Counted from the whole stretch's first letter, positions 12,503-26,526 are shown. The stretch is 63,832 nucleotides of DNA, filler included, from Neoconidiobolus thromboides FSU 785 (GCA_025603075.1; 9 parts of 9 records of this genome joined end to end with filler, not necessarily neighbours in it), one strand, 5' to 3'. Notes: generated by a model from the sequence alone, not told the origin. Made by a program: numbers and translations.

Positions 12503-13356
12503 ATATATCCAACTACACATCTTTTATCTCGCTTTTTAACTTAGATACACGATGGTTTATTATCGCCTTTTTTATAAAATTTTAAATAGTCAAAAATATT
12601 TAAGAAAAGGGACCAAATATGAATTATTAGAATCCTTTAAATTCTGGGATTAAGATCCAGAGTTTACATTAGTTATAGAAACAAACACTGAATATCCAAA
12701 CATTTTAAAAGTATACTTACTAGTTTAAAGTTAAATTCCAAAATCAATATAAACGAAAGTTATCGAACAACAATTGCTAAAGCCATAGAAACTCGGATCT
12801 GATACCAGAAGTTAGAATTGTATAAAAACTTAAGTCAGGTGATCGAATCTTTGTTAGTTAGCTATTATATTAACTTTGGTGTTTTTAAATAGTAATCAAA
12901 AAACTATTAACAAATAATAGTTAGACTAATACTAATTCTAGATAAAAATTAAAAAACAGAAATAATCAAAATTAACGTGTAAAATTAATACAACTTATAA
13001 CATTTAGCATTCCAGTTTTTCTTACCAGATAAAAAACTGATTTATATGTAATGCAAATAAATTTCAAGACCTTGCTAGTTAAATGCAAACTTTAACAATG
13101 ACAAGTACGTTTATATACTTGATCAAAGGAGTTAGGAAGGTTTTGTTGATATTTGTTAAAAGCTGATTCTATGTTTTTCTATAAGTATTTAATTATGTAC
13201 ATAAACTTAAGATAATATATCATTTTAAGTAAAGCTTCAATTTTATTAAATGTAATACGAAAATCATTATACAATTTATTTATGTTAAGTTGAAATAGAA
13301 AAAAAGATTGATTAAAGAATAGTATCATCAATTTTAATAATAAAAAATGTTTATGA

Positions 13357-13427
13357 TGCGTACACTGGGAATCGAACCCAGGCCACTTCTTTGGAAGAGA
13401 AGTATTCTACCTCTATACTATGTACGC
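13357..13427 (-). tRNA. tRNA-Gly (anticodon TCC), intronless
   Basis: Minus strand GCGTACA acceptor stem pairs with TGTACGC; anticodon arm CTTCT-CTTCCAA-AGAAG; T arm CTGGG-TTCGATT-CCCAG. Confidence 0.93.
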
Positions 13428-13543
13428 TCTTTTTACCATTCATAATTGTTAAAATAATTTTAAACCTTTAAAAAATTTTGTGCACTTTAGAGTTGAAAAT
13501 AGTGTTTTTTAAAATAAAAAATCAAGGGCTAAATTTTTGATAT

Positions 13544-13641
13544 GGGAGTATTTTTTTGACTTCATTATTTTTTCCATTTTTTAAGCACTATTTAAGCGGA
13601 AAATTTGTTAGTAAAATCCTTAAACACAAAAATACATCCCT
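13544..13641 (+). mobile_element. MITE copy
   Basis: GGGAGT...CATCCCT, ATAT/ATAT flanks. Confidence 0.85.
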
Positions 13642-15259
13642 ATATAGCGTAATTATAGTATTGAATCAGTTTGATTATTTTATATTCAATATTAAATAAC
13701 CGGGTTGATTTTAGATGTTAAATAGCTATTTATATAGGTTATAAATTGATATATAAGCTGATGATACTAAAAGCTATCAGCTAATAACCACTAAACCCAT
13801 TTTAACTTCAGGATTGATACTCAAGTTTAGACTTTATAGAAATAAAAATCAAAAGATTAAATCTTTATTAATACAGCTATTAGTCTAATTTTATAGTGAC
13901 AAAGAATAAAGAAAAGCTACGTAACAACAGTTTTCATAAATTGGGATTGAAATCAGTAGTTTACACTTATGAAAGTAAAAGTTGAATAGACTATAACCTT
14001 CATTAATATGACTATTAGATTAATATTAGTCTTCTAAATAGTAATCAAAGTGATTGACTATAAATAAATATTGGAATAAATATTGAAATAATATCAACTT
14101 TATTTCTATTTATAATTGATAATAAGTTAAAATTAGAATATTAAAAGCTTCGATTAAAACTGGCATTTATGTTAAACTATTGTATATAGGAATGATAAAA
14201 TGATTTAATAATTATTCAAACTTCACAATGAAAATAAGAGAACTTTTTTTCATAGGCCTTTTTTATTAGTTTGGTAAAATATTATCATTATTTTTATAAT
14301 ATAATTAGCTTGTTTTATCAGCCTTTATTTGAATTTTAGAGATTTCAAGTAATGGTGAGCTCACTAATTCTATAAAATTGGGCTAAATTTAAGAAAATGT
14401 GTTTAGTTTTACACTTAATCAGAATAAAAAGTTGTCATTAGTGAGTTAATTTAATTATTACAAAAAATAAGATTATGATAGAGATAGGTTAAGTATTTTT
14501 TAATACTTATTTGAAATTCCAATTGAATAAAGTGGATTCATGAACTTCACTAAAAGTATAACATTGTATACTATAGTTTAAATTTATATTAAAATTGTTG
14601 CCTAATGAATGTTATTATTTTATTTCATCTGGATACTCGTAATAAAAAATTAAGTGAGTATTCTAACATGTTAGCTTCTATTATTAAATATCACTTGCTT
14701 AGTTAATATTCGTAATCGAAGCCATTATTTTTAATAAAATTGTGTTAGATTTCATGTGATATATGGCTTTAAAATATGAGATTATTTCTTAAATAGTAAA
14801 CAATTATTGAATTTATTTATTTATTCGAGATAAGACTAGTAATGAGAGGGGTTTTTTATTAACAGTATAATATTATGATTTATTAACTAATTGATATTCA
14901 ATTTTGATAATATTGATAAATAATTTAGTCAAAAAAATAAATTGTTCTAAAAATAACTCAGCAGTTTAACCCTTGCCACTAATCTTACCAACCAAAAAAA
15001 GAACTCAATTTTCCGTTTAACAAATAAAGTCTTTTACTTTTATTGGTTAAAATCTTTACTTATTTCCCCATCCACTTCAAATAGGCTAATAAGTTTTTGC
15101 AAAGACTGAAATTAATCTCCGAGTAAATCTATAGTTGAAACCACACTTAATAAAAATCAAATCAATTAGTTGATCAATTAATTTTTTAAAATTTTAATCA
15201 ATTTTAACTTAACAACTGAAAAAGATAATAACTTATCCATCATAATAGTAACAATAATA

Positions 15260-16368
15260 ATGGAACTTAGTACCTCACATCGTTCACCCTCCCATTTAAA
15301 CCGACCAGTTATCTCGTCCCCACTCCTTCCTGATGTTGAATTAGCCCGTTCGAACACCGTCAATTACTCCCCTAAGCCAACCTCCCATACTGTGATCCGA
15401 CGACCACGAGCCAATGTTCGTCGTTCACAAACAATAAGTCAAGTTTTTGATTTATCCCCATTAGATAATCTATCTAGTTCACCAATGGCTACTGCTATCT
15501 TTGCTAATAATGAAAAACCATTGGCAACAAAAACATTTTTAAATCGACATCTTAAAAATAAGACTTCACAATCTTCATTGAGTTTAAGTAGAAGTCCTTC
15601 TATTAGAGAAGGAAAAGAGGGAAGTAAGGAAGAAAATGGTGGATTAAAGGTGGAAATTGCTTTTTTGGATATGCATGCTTCTCTTCAAGCAGAATATTGT
15701 TTTGAAAGAACTAAGGTAAGATTTTATTTTAAGAAAAGTAATAATTTAGATTAATTGAATTTTCTTTAGCCTTTGGTACATAACGGACGATATTTATTAA
15801 AAAGAGGATTATTAAAATTAAAGAAAAAAGAAGATTTTCCATTAGTTTATGTAAGTTTAAAATATGTCCCTGAAAATGAATAATGGGTATTAATAAGCTA
15901 TTTTTTATAATCTTTTAGATCTTTTTATTCAGTGATTGTTTAGTTTATGGTACTTCGCCTGACGGCCAACCACAAGGTTTAACAGAACAAAAGATATTTA
16001 ATTTTATGGATTTAAAATTAGATTCTAATTTAGGTAACTATACGATATTTTCATTTAATCAATATTGATATTAATAAGCTCAATTAATAGTTGAAGGCAA
16101 CACTTTCAGTCTCACATATCACGATGAAATTTTAACTTTTGAAGCAACAGATAGAGAAGAATGTGAACGATGGGTTATGGTAATTCAAAGCGGTATTACA
16201 TTTCATTGTACCTTAAGTCAAAGAAAAGCAAAAGAAGTATCTATCAGTACAGCTCACTCAAGGAAAAATTCAATATCTAGTTTAAATTCGGTACTTAATG
16301 GGGATAAATTATCAAGAAGAAGTTCGTTTTATAATTCATTAAAAGAATTGGTGGGTACTTTTATTTAA
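15260..16368 (+). CDS. PH-domain protein (spliced) with S/P-rich N-terminus
   Basis: Exons encode GRYLLKRGLLKL, FLFSDCLVYG and FEATDREECERWVMVIQ, which are PH-fold motifs; GT-AG introns at ~15716, 15851, 16033. Confidence 0.7.
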
Positions 16369-16953
16369 ACAAAGACAAACAAAATGAAGTGGAAAGTAGA
16401 GGATAAGAAACAAAGAATTGAAAGAAGATAAAGTGACAAAGGGATGGAAATTTAAGAAAGATAACAAGAAGAGGGCATATACATATTGTAACTAATATTT
16501 TTTTATTGTGTAATTTTGTTTTTTAATCAATTAATATCAAGTTTTTAATGATTATTATCGTATTTTTATTTTTGTAATAAAAGAGTTATTTTAAAAAAAT
16601 TAATCGTATTTTGGTGTATTCCATACTTTTTTTGATTATATAGAAAAGAACAAGTTTGATTTATTAAGATGTAAAAAATTCAAGAAAAGTAAATTAAGAT
16701 AAAAATGAAGTTCAAAGTAATTAAATAAGTCAAGTTACTTTACTAACTGGTTTCCAGTCCAGTATTTGGAGTTGGAATAGCTATCTAGGGTTTGGTTTAA
16801 TGCACATACAAGTAGTTAAAGAATTTAACTAAAAGTTCTTCTCATTCAATTATTATAACAAATGAGTAAAGAGGGAAGCGTTCGATGAATTATGTGTGTT
16901 ATATATAAAGGCGAATTATAATAAACAACTTTAATTTCAAAAAAGTAGTATAT

Positions 16954-17052
16954 AGGCATGTTTTTTTTGACTTGATTACTTTTTCCATTTTTTGAGCACT
17001 ATTTGAGTGGAAAAATTGTTAGTAAAATTCTTAAACACAAAGATACATCTCC
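16954..17052 (+). mobile_element. MITE copy
   Basis: AGGCATG...CATCTCC, ATAT/ATAT flanks. Confidence 0.85.
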
Positions 17053-17293
17053 ATATTATTTGTTAATTGAAAGGTTAATTCAAATATTAAAATTGCAATA
17101 AATTAAGGAATGTACTTAAATAAATATTATTAATTAAACTTTTTATTTTTATTTTGAATCTTCAAATAAGGTTGATAATGTAATATGAATAGCATTTTCA
17201 ACTCCTTTTAATTCACATAAAGTTTGAAATTGAGATGTTAATTTAAGTAATAGATTAGTTTTAGATGAGATATTAATAAGATCTAAAATAGGT

Positions 17294-17294
<1 letters not shown>

Positions 17295-17339
<45 letters not shown>
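17295..17339. repeat. (AAT)n microsatellite
   Basis: About 15 perfect AAT units. Confidence 0.95.
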
Positions 17340-17343
<4 letters not shown>

Positions 17344-18491
17344 CTCTTATTATTTAATTTGGATAATAAATTATTATAAATTATTACTTGATTTTCTTCA
17401 TTAATATTTAATTGATAAATTAAATTAAGTTCCAAAGTAGGATCACTAAATATTAGAAATAAATCAATTTTTTTATAAAATATAAAGTATAAAATAATTT
17501 CAAACAAATAACTTACTTTGGATCAATAAACATAACAATAGCATCGGTCCCATAAAGATATGGATTACAATATTTTTTTTGATTTTGACGTATATTGTTC
17601 ATACTACTTTTTCTTTTACTAAATAGCTGATCATATTTCTTTAAGACTTCAAAAAATAACGGTAAATTGCAACTAAATTCACACCTAAAAATATCAATTA
17701 CTATTGTCAATAAATGATATAATAAATAATAAATAATAAATAATAAATAATAGAAAACTCCTCTTATTTACCTTTTTAAAAACCCATTAATTTCATTATT
17801 TAATCCACCATTAATTTGAATTTTTAAATTTTTAACTTTAGATTGCTTATCCATAATGATACTATCAAAACTTAAATGAAATCTTATATTTGTAAAATGA
17901 CCTGATAACTCATAGGCTTCGCCTAAATCAACATAATTTAGTAACCCATTGTATATACAATTACAAATAATATATATTATTTACCATCTTTATCTTTTAA
18001 AGGCAATTTATCAAATTCAGTAAACTTTAATTGAAATTGATGTTCCGAAATTTGTAACTATTAATAAAATCAATTAAATAATACAATACATAAATAATAT
18101 AGTGAATTTACAATCGTTTTTAAATTCTGTATTCTTTTATTTTTATCCATTTCACTTGGTAATACCATAGGTAAATCTAATCCTGTTAAATAATGATTCG
18201 TTCCTAATAAATCACTATAAAGATAAAACAAATAAATAAACAGAATAATATAATAAAATTAATTTACTATTTAAACAATAATGACATTTAATACTTATTT
18301 ATTTACTTAACTTACATTATTTGTTCGATATCTTGAATCGATATTTTATTTTGAATAACTACTCTATTCCATAATAGTAAATTAGTTAATACTTCTATTT
18401 CATTATGTTCTTGTTTTATTTTTTGTTGCAATTGTTGTTTTAGATTTAATAATTTTGATGTTATTTGTTCTATATTGTCTGTTTCTTCCAT
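17340..18491 (-). CDS. Multi-exon hypothetical protein, possibly CENP-P/Ctf19-like kinetochore subunit
   Basis: Coiled-coil exon MEETDNIEQ...; later exons YELSGHFTNIRFHLSF and CNLPLFFEVLKKYDQLFSKRKSSM recall CENP-P; exact splicing not resolved. Confidence 0.35.
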
Positions 18492-18980
18492 CTTTGTTGA
18501 ATTTGAGATGAGTATTGAGCTAATTTCAGTAAAAATAAGAATTAATAGAAATTTTAATTATTAAATTCCTATTAATTGATTTAGCCAATAGATTAAAATT
18601 AAACTTCATCCCTTATTTCTTTGTTGAATCCTTATTATAATATAGATTTTTAAGTATAAATTTTGTAATAAAAAACAATCTAATAAAGCACTAGTTTATA
18701 TTCTAAAGTTCTATTATAAATTAACTAATATGAGCTAACTATTTTATTTTAATCATTCTGATTTAACTATTCTAAAATTATAAACTATGTTTCATCAAGT
18801 TAAATTAAAGTTGAATAATTTAAAAACTATTGAATAAGTATTGTTAAAATACTTATCGACTACATCATCAATTTTAATTAATAAGTATATATATAAATAG
18901 ATCATTAAATCATTCGACTTTAATTGAAACACTTAAATTTAATAATTAAGTCATAAAATTTTTATTTTTTACTGTTTTAA

Positions 18981-20059
18981 TTATTCTTTGTCTTCATCTT
19001 CATCTTCCTCATTCTTATTCTCTTTCTCTTCTTTAGGTGGTGGTGGTACATTTTTTAAATAATCAATTTCCAATTTTAAATTCTGTATAGCCAAATCCAC
19101 TTGTAGTTTACTATTAACTAAATTATTCCATTCCATTTCTAATTCCTTTAATTTATCTCCTATTTCGAGCTAAATGATAATAATAATATAAGAATAAATA
19201 AATTAATATACATTTAATAATAGTAATAAAAAATAAAAATAAAACGGTAATATTAAAAATAGAAAATAAACTCTCTTACCTGTTCCAATTTTCGATTTTT
19301 ATGAATATTTAATGTATTTTCTTTTACTGCTTCTAACTCTCTTTTAATTCCCTTTTCCATTTTATCTAATAAGTAATTATGATATTTCCAACCATTAATT
19401 GAATAAGTTTGCATGAGTTCTTGATTTAATAAACTATAAAATAGAATTCATTTAGTTAATTTTATTCTAATCTCATCTCATTTCATTTCTATAGCAACAA
19501 TGATATAAAATAAAACCCATTAACTTACCTCAATTCCATATGTTCTAATTGAGCTTTTGAATTATCTGCTGCCGATTTCCATTCGGACAAAATACTTTTC
19601 TCTAATCCCTTTTTCATTTCTTTAATCTTTGGTTCTTTTAATGTATATCGACTAGTTTCTAATCCTTTTAATTTCTGTCTTTTTTCTACTCGATTAATTT
19701 CTTTTTTTAACAATTCATCATGCTAAAAACCAAAACAATATTTTATTTAATTATCTTTCAATGGACATTAAATTTACCTCAAATAGATTGATGTTAACTG
19801 GTAATTCGGTATGCTCTTTATAACTATTATTAGGGCGTGTCATCTCTTGTTCAATTAAATGATTCACTTGTAATTGAATTTCTATAAATAAATAAAATTA
19901 AATTATTGCAATTACTAAAATTCCTTTTCTACCTTCGTCTTCATAATGTTTATCAATATCTAGCAAAAATAAGTTGATTAATAAATCATCTAAGACTCGA
20001 TTTTATTTTATTATTAACTTACATGGAAGTGAATCTAAACTACTATCAATTTCAGCCAT
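18981..20059 (-). CDS. SPF27: Pre-mRNA splicing factor SPF27/BCAS2/Cwf7 (spliced)
   Basis: Exons read MAEIDSSLDSLPYID, VNHLIEQEM, LETSRY, EWKSAADNSKAQLEH, LLNQELMQTYSINVWK, RKLEQ, GDKLKELEMEW. Confidence 0.9.
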
Positions 20060-20582
20060 TTCCTATGAATTTTTTATTTATTAAGCTGAAACTTATCGAA
20101 CTTGGTGGTGAGAAATAAAATTTTATTTTTGAGTTGATTTAGTTTACCTTGAAATAAATCGAAGCATTTGAATTATAGCCTATAATCATCAAGTTGAAAT
20201 TCTCATTTTTATAAAAAACAATTTTTAATTTTTAAACTTAAAAAGTGGAATATCTGAACTTTTAGTAAAAATAGCTTTTATAATTTTTTTATTCGTTTTT
20301 ATATATTAATATGGGGACTTGAATTAACTAAGAATATCTAATGTGTTATATATAAAAGAATCAAACTTTTTAGCTATATCAATGTAATCTTACACAGTTA
20401 CTAAATAATCCTAATTTGAAGCCTATAAAATTATTTTTGAAGCTCTCTATTTGAGCTTATACAAACAAAAAGGTTTCAAAACAATTTGATAAAACTGTTG
20501 CTTTACTTAGTAAAGCGCAAAAAAATACTCTTAAATAAAGTAGCAATCGTGTTAAATTACTTTAAAATCTCTATTTATATAT

Positions 20583-20678
20583 GGGGGTGTATTTTTTTGT
20601 TTAAGAATTTTATTACATCTTTCCACTCAAGTAGCGCTTAAAAAATGGAAAAATAATGAAACTAAAAAAAACAGTCCC
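20583..20678 (-). mobile_element. MITE copy
   Basis: GGGGGTGT...ACAGTCCC, ATAT/ATAT flanks. Confidence 0.85.
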
Positions 20679-21286
20679 ATATCTTTAGTTTATATTTCTC
20701 ACTTTAGAACTATTTATACTAGGAATAAGTGATGTTGTCTGAAAGAGTACCTTTGATTATATATATTATCAAAAACTAGTAAGTTTTATGACCAGATTGT
20801 TTTTTAGGAATAATGATATAGTTAAAAGATCTATTTTTGTAGCTTGAATATAAAAATTGTGTTAAAATAAGATGAATATTATTTTAAAATTTTGTCTTTT
20901 TGAAAATTTGCTCTTTTTTCTGCTCAATAATACTTAAAAATAGAAAAAAAATGAAACCAAAAATACTTTTAAATTTCATAGTAAAATATTAAAACATTTG
21001 ATAGAAACTTGAGGTTAGAGTCTTTTGTTAAAGCTAAATGATTATCTACCTATTCAAAATTTTGATGATCTTTCAGTTTTTTTCTAGCATTTTTAACTTT
21101 AATAAACTAAACCTTTGCATAAGTGTAAATAGAGAAAAAAATCACCATATAAGGAAATTAAATTTTATTAAAAACTAAAGCTCACTGACCCAATCAAAGC
21201 CATAAAAAAACACATCAACATCCTACTTCTTATCCAATACACCTAAAAAATAAAAAGGTACAATATAACACTACTTCATTTACCTA

Positions 21287-22741
21287 TTAAGTCAAAAAAC
21301 TGAACGGTGTTATCACTATAGAGGTTAAATCAAAGTGAAACAGGGGCCTATTAACCCTGCCATAAATCAGTGAAAGTAATGGAATACCTACTGATAGTCC
21401 TAGCCAGAATAGAGCGTTTCCAAGCCAAGGTCTAGCCATAACAATTTTTGAACTCATAAGGTAAATGATAGGTAATTGGGCCATTTGAAAAAGAAAGAAA
21501 ACGATAGTGAGCTGAGAAAAAGTAGTTGCCATAGCGATCTCATGCAATACAGCTGATATTAAAAAGGTCAAAAACACGCTCATTTTTTTTGAAACCCCAG
21601 CTTTAACAAAAGGAACATAAACGTGGTATTTAAGAAAACGGTGGACTGGTTTGTTCCATTTATTGGAGTATTCTAAGAAACTAGTGCTATTCCACCAATC
21701 ATCATAAAAATTACGATCCGCATAACGCGTGATTTCAGCAAACCCATTGCATACACACTCAAATACAATGTAAAATACCAATATATGTATTATAATGAAT
21801 GGGATCGTTAATCGAATCCATAATTCAAATAAAGAATCTTGGTTTGCTGAGTCATACAAGGGAATTAAATAATGCTCTACGCTTATGTAGACTAAACCTA
21901 CGGTACCAAAAGAGGCTAATATCTTTTCAGCTACATACCAATATCTGATCCTAATAAAAATGGTTAATTTTTGTATTTTAATTTAAAAATCATGATCTTA
22001 CTTTTCAATTCTGGGGTATTCAAGCTGATAAATGAAACAAGGAATCAAATAATAATCAACTAAATTAGAGATTGTAATATTTTGTGGATACGTTGAATTT
22101 CCAGAGTTGAACGATAGCTTTTCTTGAAAATTTTTCATCACTTCTAAATCCATTTTACCATCATCACTCTTTTTCTTAATTTTCATATATTCTTGATACG
22201 ATTTATAAAGATCCCTATTAACTTCATTATAGCTATGCATTTTCATAAGCATCACCATGCTATGTAAGATGAATACTGCTTTTTGTACAAAGTACCATTC
22301 TCTATTAAATCATATTAAATTTTCATTTGGAGATTTAAAAATTTAGAAATACCTAGTAAAACACCAAATCGCACACCCCAAAACAAAGGCTACTTCACTT
22401 ACTATCTGTATCCCTAAAGCCCATTTCCTATTCTTAAAACAATTCCTTGAGACCAAAAACTGTAATAAAAAACAACTTGTTGAGCATAATAACATGATTC
22501 CGTCTGACAAAATTAAATTGATCATATCTTCCGATAACATATTTAATGTCACCATTCCAATTGCTGTTCCAGTATCCTTCCAATATAAAATAGATGTTTG
22601 TAATAAATAATAAGCCATGATGATCCAAAACAAAGTAAAGAAACCACGTAAGGGGCTTTTCAGATCAAACATTGATTCTCGTTCTAAATAGGAGCTTATA
22701 AATCGCTGCTCTTCTTTTACCACTTCCTTTAGTTTCTCCAT
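21287..22741 (-). CDS. Sterol O-acyltransferase (MBOAT, ARE1/ARE2-like), spliced
   Basis: Motifs FAEITRYADRNFYDDWWNS, WNKPVHRFL, SAVLHE (catalytic His), YPQNIT, LIPCFIYQLEYPR; multiple TM segments. Confidence 0.9.
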
Positions 22742-23432
22742 AGTTTTTAATGAAATCAGGAATTTAAAAAACTAAAAGATTGGAATCTTTAGGTTTGTTA
22801 ATTTATAAGGGGCCAATAAACTTATAGGGGTTTGTAATCTAACTAAGAACTTTGGCATATTGAAAAAAGATTAAGTTTGATTGGCTTATTTTTTGGATTT
22901 GGATTTTTGTGTTACTTGTTAGAAACTTAATTTAAGGTTAATTGTAAAGTGTTCCGAGTATAATATATTCAATATAACAGTAATATGTTCTTGGGGCTTC
23001 TTTAAATTAATTGTGTTTGTACACTGGGTTTATCATTGTCTTTTTTATTTAATTCTTTTTTTTAGTTGTTTATTATTACTTAAACTAACCCAGCAGCTAA
23101 GCATCCAAGCATTTTTTCATTAACATTAATGCAAGGGATAACAATCTCATTTTTATGTCAAACAGATCTGAAAATTTAAACAGTAATGAAATTATTGATG
23201 ATTATGTACTCCATTATGAATTTATAGATTGAATTAAAAATTAAAAATTAGTTTGGTCTACTTTATAGTAAATACTCTTATGAAAATGGAACAGTAATTA
23301 ATCAAGTATTAAATAGTGTTTTTATTGAGTCAAATTTTAAAAGAAACTAAAATAAATACATCAAATAAATCCAATAAGAAATTAAATTAAGATGAAAGAA
23401 GCAATTAAAGTATGAAAACTTAGTAGTTATAT

Positions 23433-23530
23433 AGGGCTATTTTTTTTGGTTTCATAACTTTTTCCATTTTTTAAGCACTATTGAGCGGAAAAATTGTTAG
23501 TAAAATTATTAAGCAAAAAAATACATCCCC
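23433..23530 (+). mobile_element. MITE copy
   Basis: AGGGCT...CATCCCC, ATAT/ATAT flanks. Confidence 0.85.
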
Positions 23531-23959
23531 ATATGGTAGTTTTTTTTGCTCTTTTTATAGTAAGAGGAAATTTCTTTCTCATCTATAAATTTTTGACAGG
23601 CTGCTTTAATATGGGAATATAATATAATCGTTTTCCAGAGGATGATATGCTAAGTTCATAACGAAGCATAGTATCAGTTAAATGTAAAAGTGTGTAACCA
23701 TCAATATCATATTCTTTAAATGTTTAGTATATTGAATATATTAATACACAATCTTAATTTATTATTGAATAAATACAAGATTTTATTATAGTTTACTTCA
23801 AATTATAATAATATTTGTTTTATCCAGCCAAGAACTTCCCCTTTAGTATTCTATCTACTAACATTTGAGTTTGACATTTTGAAATATCTAATCTTGAATT
23901 TTATAGTACCACCACTATATTTATATATTCCTAAGATTCAATGTTATACTGAAAGATAT

Positions 23960-24046
23960 GGGGGTGTTTTTTGATCTCATCACGTTTTCCATTTAAGTAT
24001 TATTTGATTAGGAAAGTTATTAAAATCCTTAAAAAAATACATCCCT
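23960..24046 (+). mobile_element. MITE copy with internal deletions, abutting the long transposon TIR
   Basis: GGGGGTG...CATCCCT, ATAT/ATAT flanks. Confidence 0.75.
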
Positions 24047-24819
24047 ATATATGGCGTTGTTTGAATTAGTTTTATTATTTTCTAATTTTTAAAAAAAATT
24101 GTACTAAAAACTTTGCTTAAAATTTTTTATTAGAACAAAAGTATCTGGACATAGTTCTAAATCATTCTATTATAGTTTATACTGTAAGTTAGTTGAATTT
24201 CTATTAGATCTCAAATACATGTTCTTATAAGACTTTATTGAGAAATGTTTATTATTGACCGCTTTAGAACCAATATTGCAGATTTGTTATCAAATAAATG
24301 AACTATTTTAATGTTGTAATTACATTATTAATATATTGCCAAGTTAATAAATAGCTGCATGGGAGGGAGTGGTTAGCCCCGAAACTATAATTAACTATCC
24401 CTATGTAGCACAAGTAATATAATAATAGTATTTACATGTTATTACAATTACTTGTTCTTTAACTATTTATTAACTTAGCTATTAATAACTTAAGTAATAT
24501 TAACATTTAAAATTCTCTATTATTTTGGTAAGATAAGCTGAGATTGATCTTTTAATTTTTCTATTTTCTATAGACTCTATAACTTCAATTGGAACTATAT
24601 CGCTTTTTTTTAATGTATCAGATACTGGACAAGAATACAGTTTATTATTATATTTAATAAAATATAGATACTTCTTAATGTTTTGCATCTCTATTATTCT
24701 TTTTGTATTTTTATTTCTTTCATACTTTTCGAAAGTTATATCTGTTTTCCAATTATTAACAGTCGAGTTATTAATTTTATTATCTTCACAAATAAAAATC
24801 TCAAATCTTGAAATTAATT

Positions 24820-24917
24820 GAGGATGTACTTTTTTGTTTAAGAATTTTGCCAACAATCTTTCCACTCAAATAGCGCTTAAAAAATGGAAAAATAATGAAA
24901 CCAAAAAAAACATCCCC
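24820..24917 (-). mobile_element. MITE copy inside transposase
   Basis: GAGGATG...CATCCCC splits the coding sequence between EDINQ and LISRFE. Confidence 0.9.
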
Positions 24918-25655
24918 ATTGATTGATATCTTCCATTTTTCTTAATGCTTCAAAAGTACTTTTCCGTTTTGAAAGATTTCCAAAATGTCCATCAACTATA
25001 CTTTTTCCATGATGCTCAGCAAAAAAATTAAGATCAATATTTAAACTACTATTTACTTTATGAATTTCTTTAGATATATAATGTATGACCTCTTGGGATC
25101 TAAAATAATTTCCTGTATCTGCCCATATATTAATTTTTGTAAACTTTTTAAGTAAAAGCTCTGTAGAGATTAAATCGATTAAACAATCTCCTTCATATGC
25201 TGAATCATGGTTTAATATTTCAGATAAATAATCAAAGTAAACTTTGCCTATTGTTTTATCGTCTCTTAAATATAAAACACCAAAGCCTAATACTGATATA
25301 GCTTGTTTATTATAATGGTTTAAATTTGTTGAATTCGATATTGTTTCTATTTCCGTATTTTGTTTAAAATCTAAAATTATTATACTTTTATTGTTTAATT
25401 TTTTGATGGTCTCATCAAATGTGTTTTTTTGAGTATCAACACAGAATTTATGTAATTTGTACAATTCTTCTTCTTTATTGAAAATTTCTTCTATCTTTAC
25501 TTTGTTTTTTATTGCTGTATTTATTTCATTTTTAGATAACTTTTTTCTAATTGTACACTGAGCATATATATTACGTAAATCTGGTTTTCTTGCTGCATTT
25601 TTAAATTACTTGGTATGTATTTAAAAAATGTTGACCTAGCTACTACTTTATCTTT

Positions 25656-26221
25656 TGTGGGATCTGGTACTCAGTGATTGGAGCCAAAAACAGCTATTGC
25701 TTGGTTGACTACACTATAAGTCTAAAGATCTCAGTTTATGTGAGTAAGATAGACTTAGATCATGAAGAATAGCACGTAATAGGCTACAAACTATGTAAGT
25801 CAAATAGAATAGACAATACTATGTAAAATCTATGTAAAATACTATTAAAAAAACTTAGTAGCTTTATTAAATGTTCAAGATATCAGGGATTAATTCAGTT
25901 AAAAAGCCTCGAACTACTATACGAGGATGTATTTTTATATTTAAGAATTTTACTAGTAATTTTTCCACTCAAATAGCGCTTAAAAAATGGAAAAGTAATG
26001 AAATCAAAATAAAACATTCCCATACTCTGAAAACCCTTTTATACTCTGAAAAGTATAAATATCAAAATGAGAAGATGATATTCTTTGGGATGGAGCTAGA
26101 AATTCTCATAGTAAATCAAACCAAGAACGTGGGATTGATTTCCTCTGAACTCGAGAACACAATAGCTTAGGCGATTATTATGGTATAATTAACCATGGGA
26201 CTGACAAAGCGATATTTTACA
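25656..26221 (-). mobile_element. Solo-LTR-like element (~464 bp plus nested MITE) inside the transposon
   Basis: TG...CA ends; collinear with 45674-46139 in reverse complement; flanks do not form a TSD. Confidence 0.65.
25923..26021 (-). mobile_element. MITE copy inside LTR-like element
   Basis: ATAC/ATAC TSD; empty site with a single ATAC seen in the copy near 45870. Confidence 0.9.
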
Positions 26222-26526
26222 TAATTGAATCATTTAGTAAATATTGTACAATAGTTTCAATTTGCTCACCTTTAATTTTTTTTTGTGTTTTTAATAATAG
26301 GTTGTAATGTTGATATTTTATTACTGTTATTACTTATTTGAATAATCATATTGATTTCTGTTTATATTAAACCCAAAACTTTTACATTCATCAAAAGAAT
26401 ATACTGAAGCTATAGTTGATAATAACACTACTTATTGGTTTTTATTTCCTGTTTCCCTTAAAGCACTAATTTTATACATTACTTGATTAAGTTTATTATT
26501 ATCGATAGTAAACTTTGATAATATAT

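Larger units (their letters stand above)
10190..14030 (+). repeat. Dispersed degenerate direct repeats (~110-150 bp units), possibly a decayed LRR-type coding sequence
   Basis: Recurring GGG(A/T)TTGAA.T.CA.AGTTT...TATAGAAACAAA blocks near 10215, 11980, 12140, 12640, 12790, 13800, 13935; all frames contain stops. Confidence 0.45.

Noticed and set aside
17295-17507. ORF ending in poly-Tyr
   Set aside because: The Tyr run is the translation of the (AAT)n microsatellite; at most part of it is a terminal exon of the upstream gene.
25871-26170. ORFs 25871-26170, 62393-62647, 62848-63087, 63506-63736 and the N-terminus of 24500-24865
   Set aside because: Chimeric translations that start in or run through MITE, LTR or transposase remnants.
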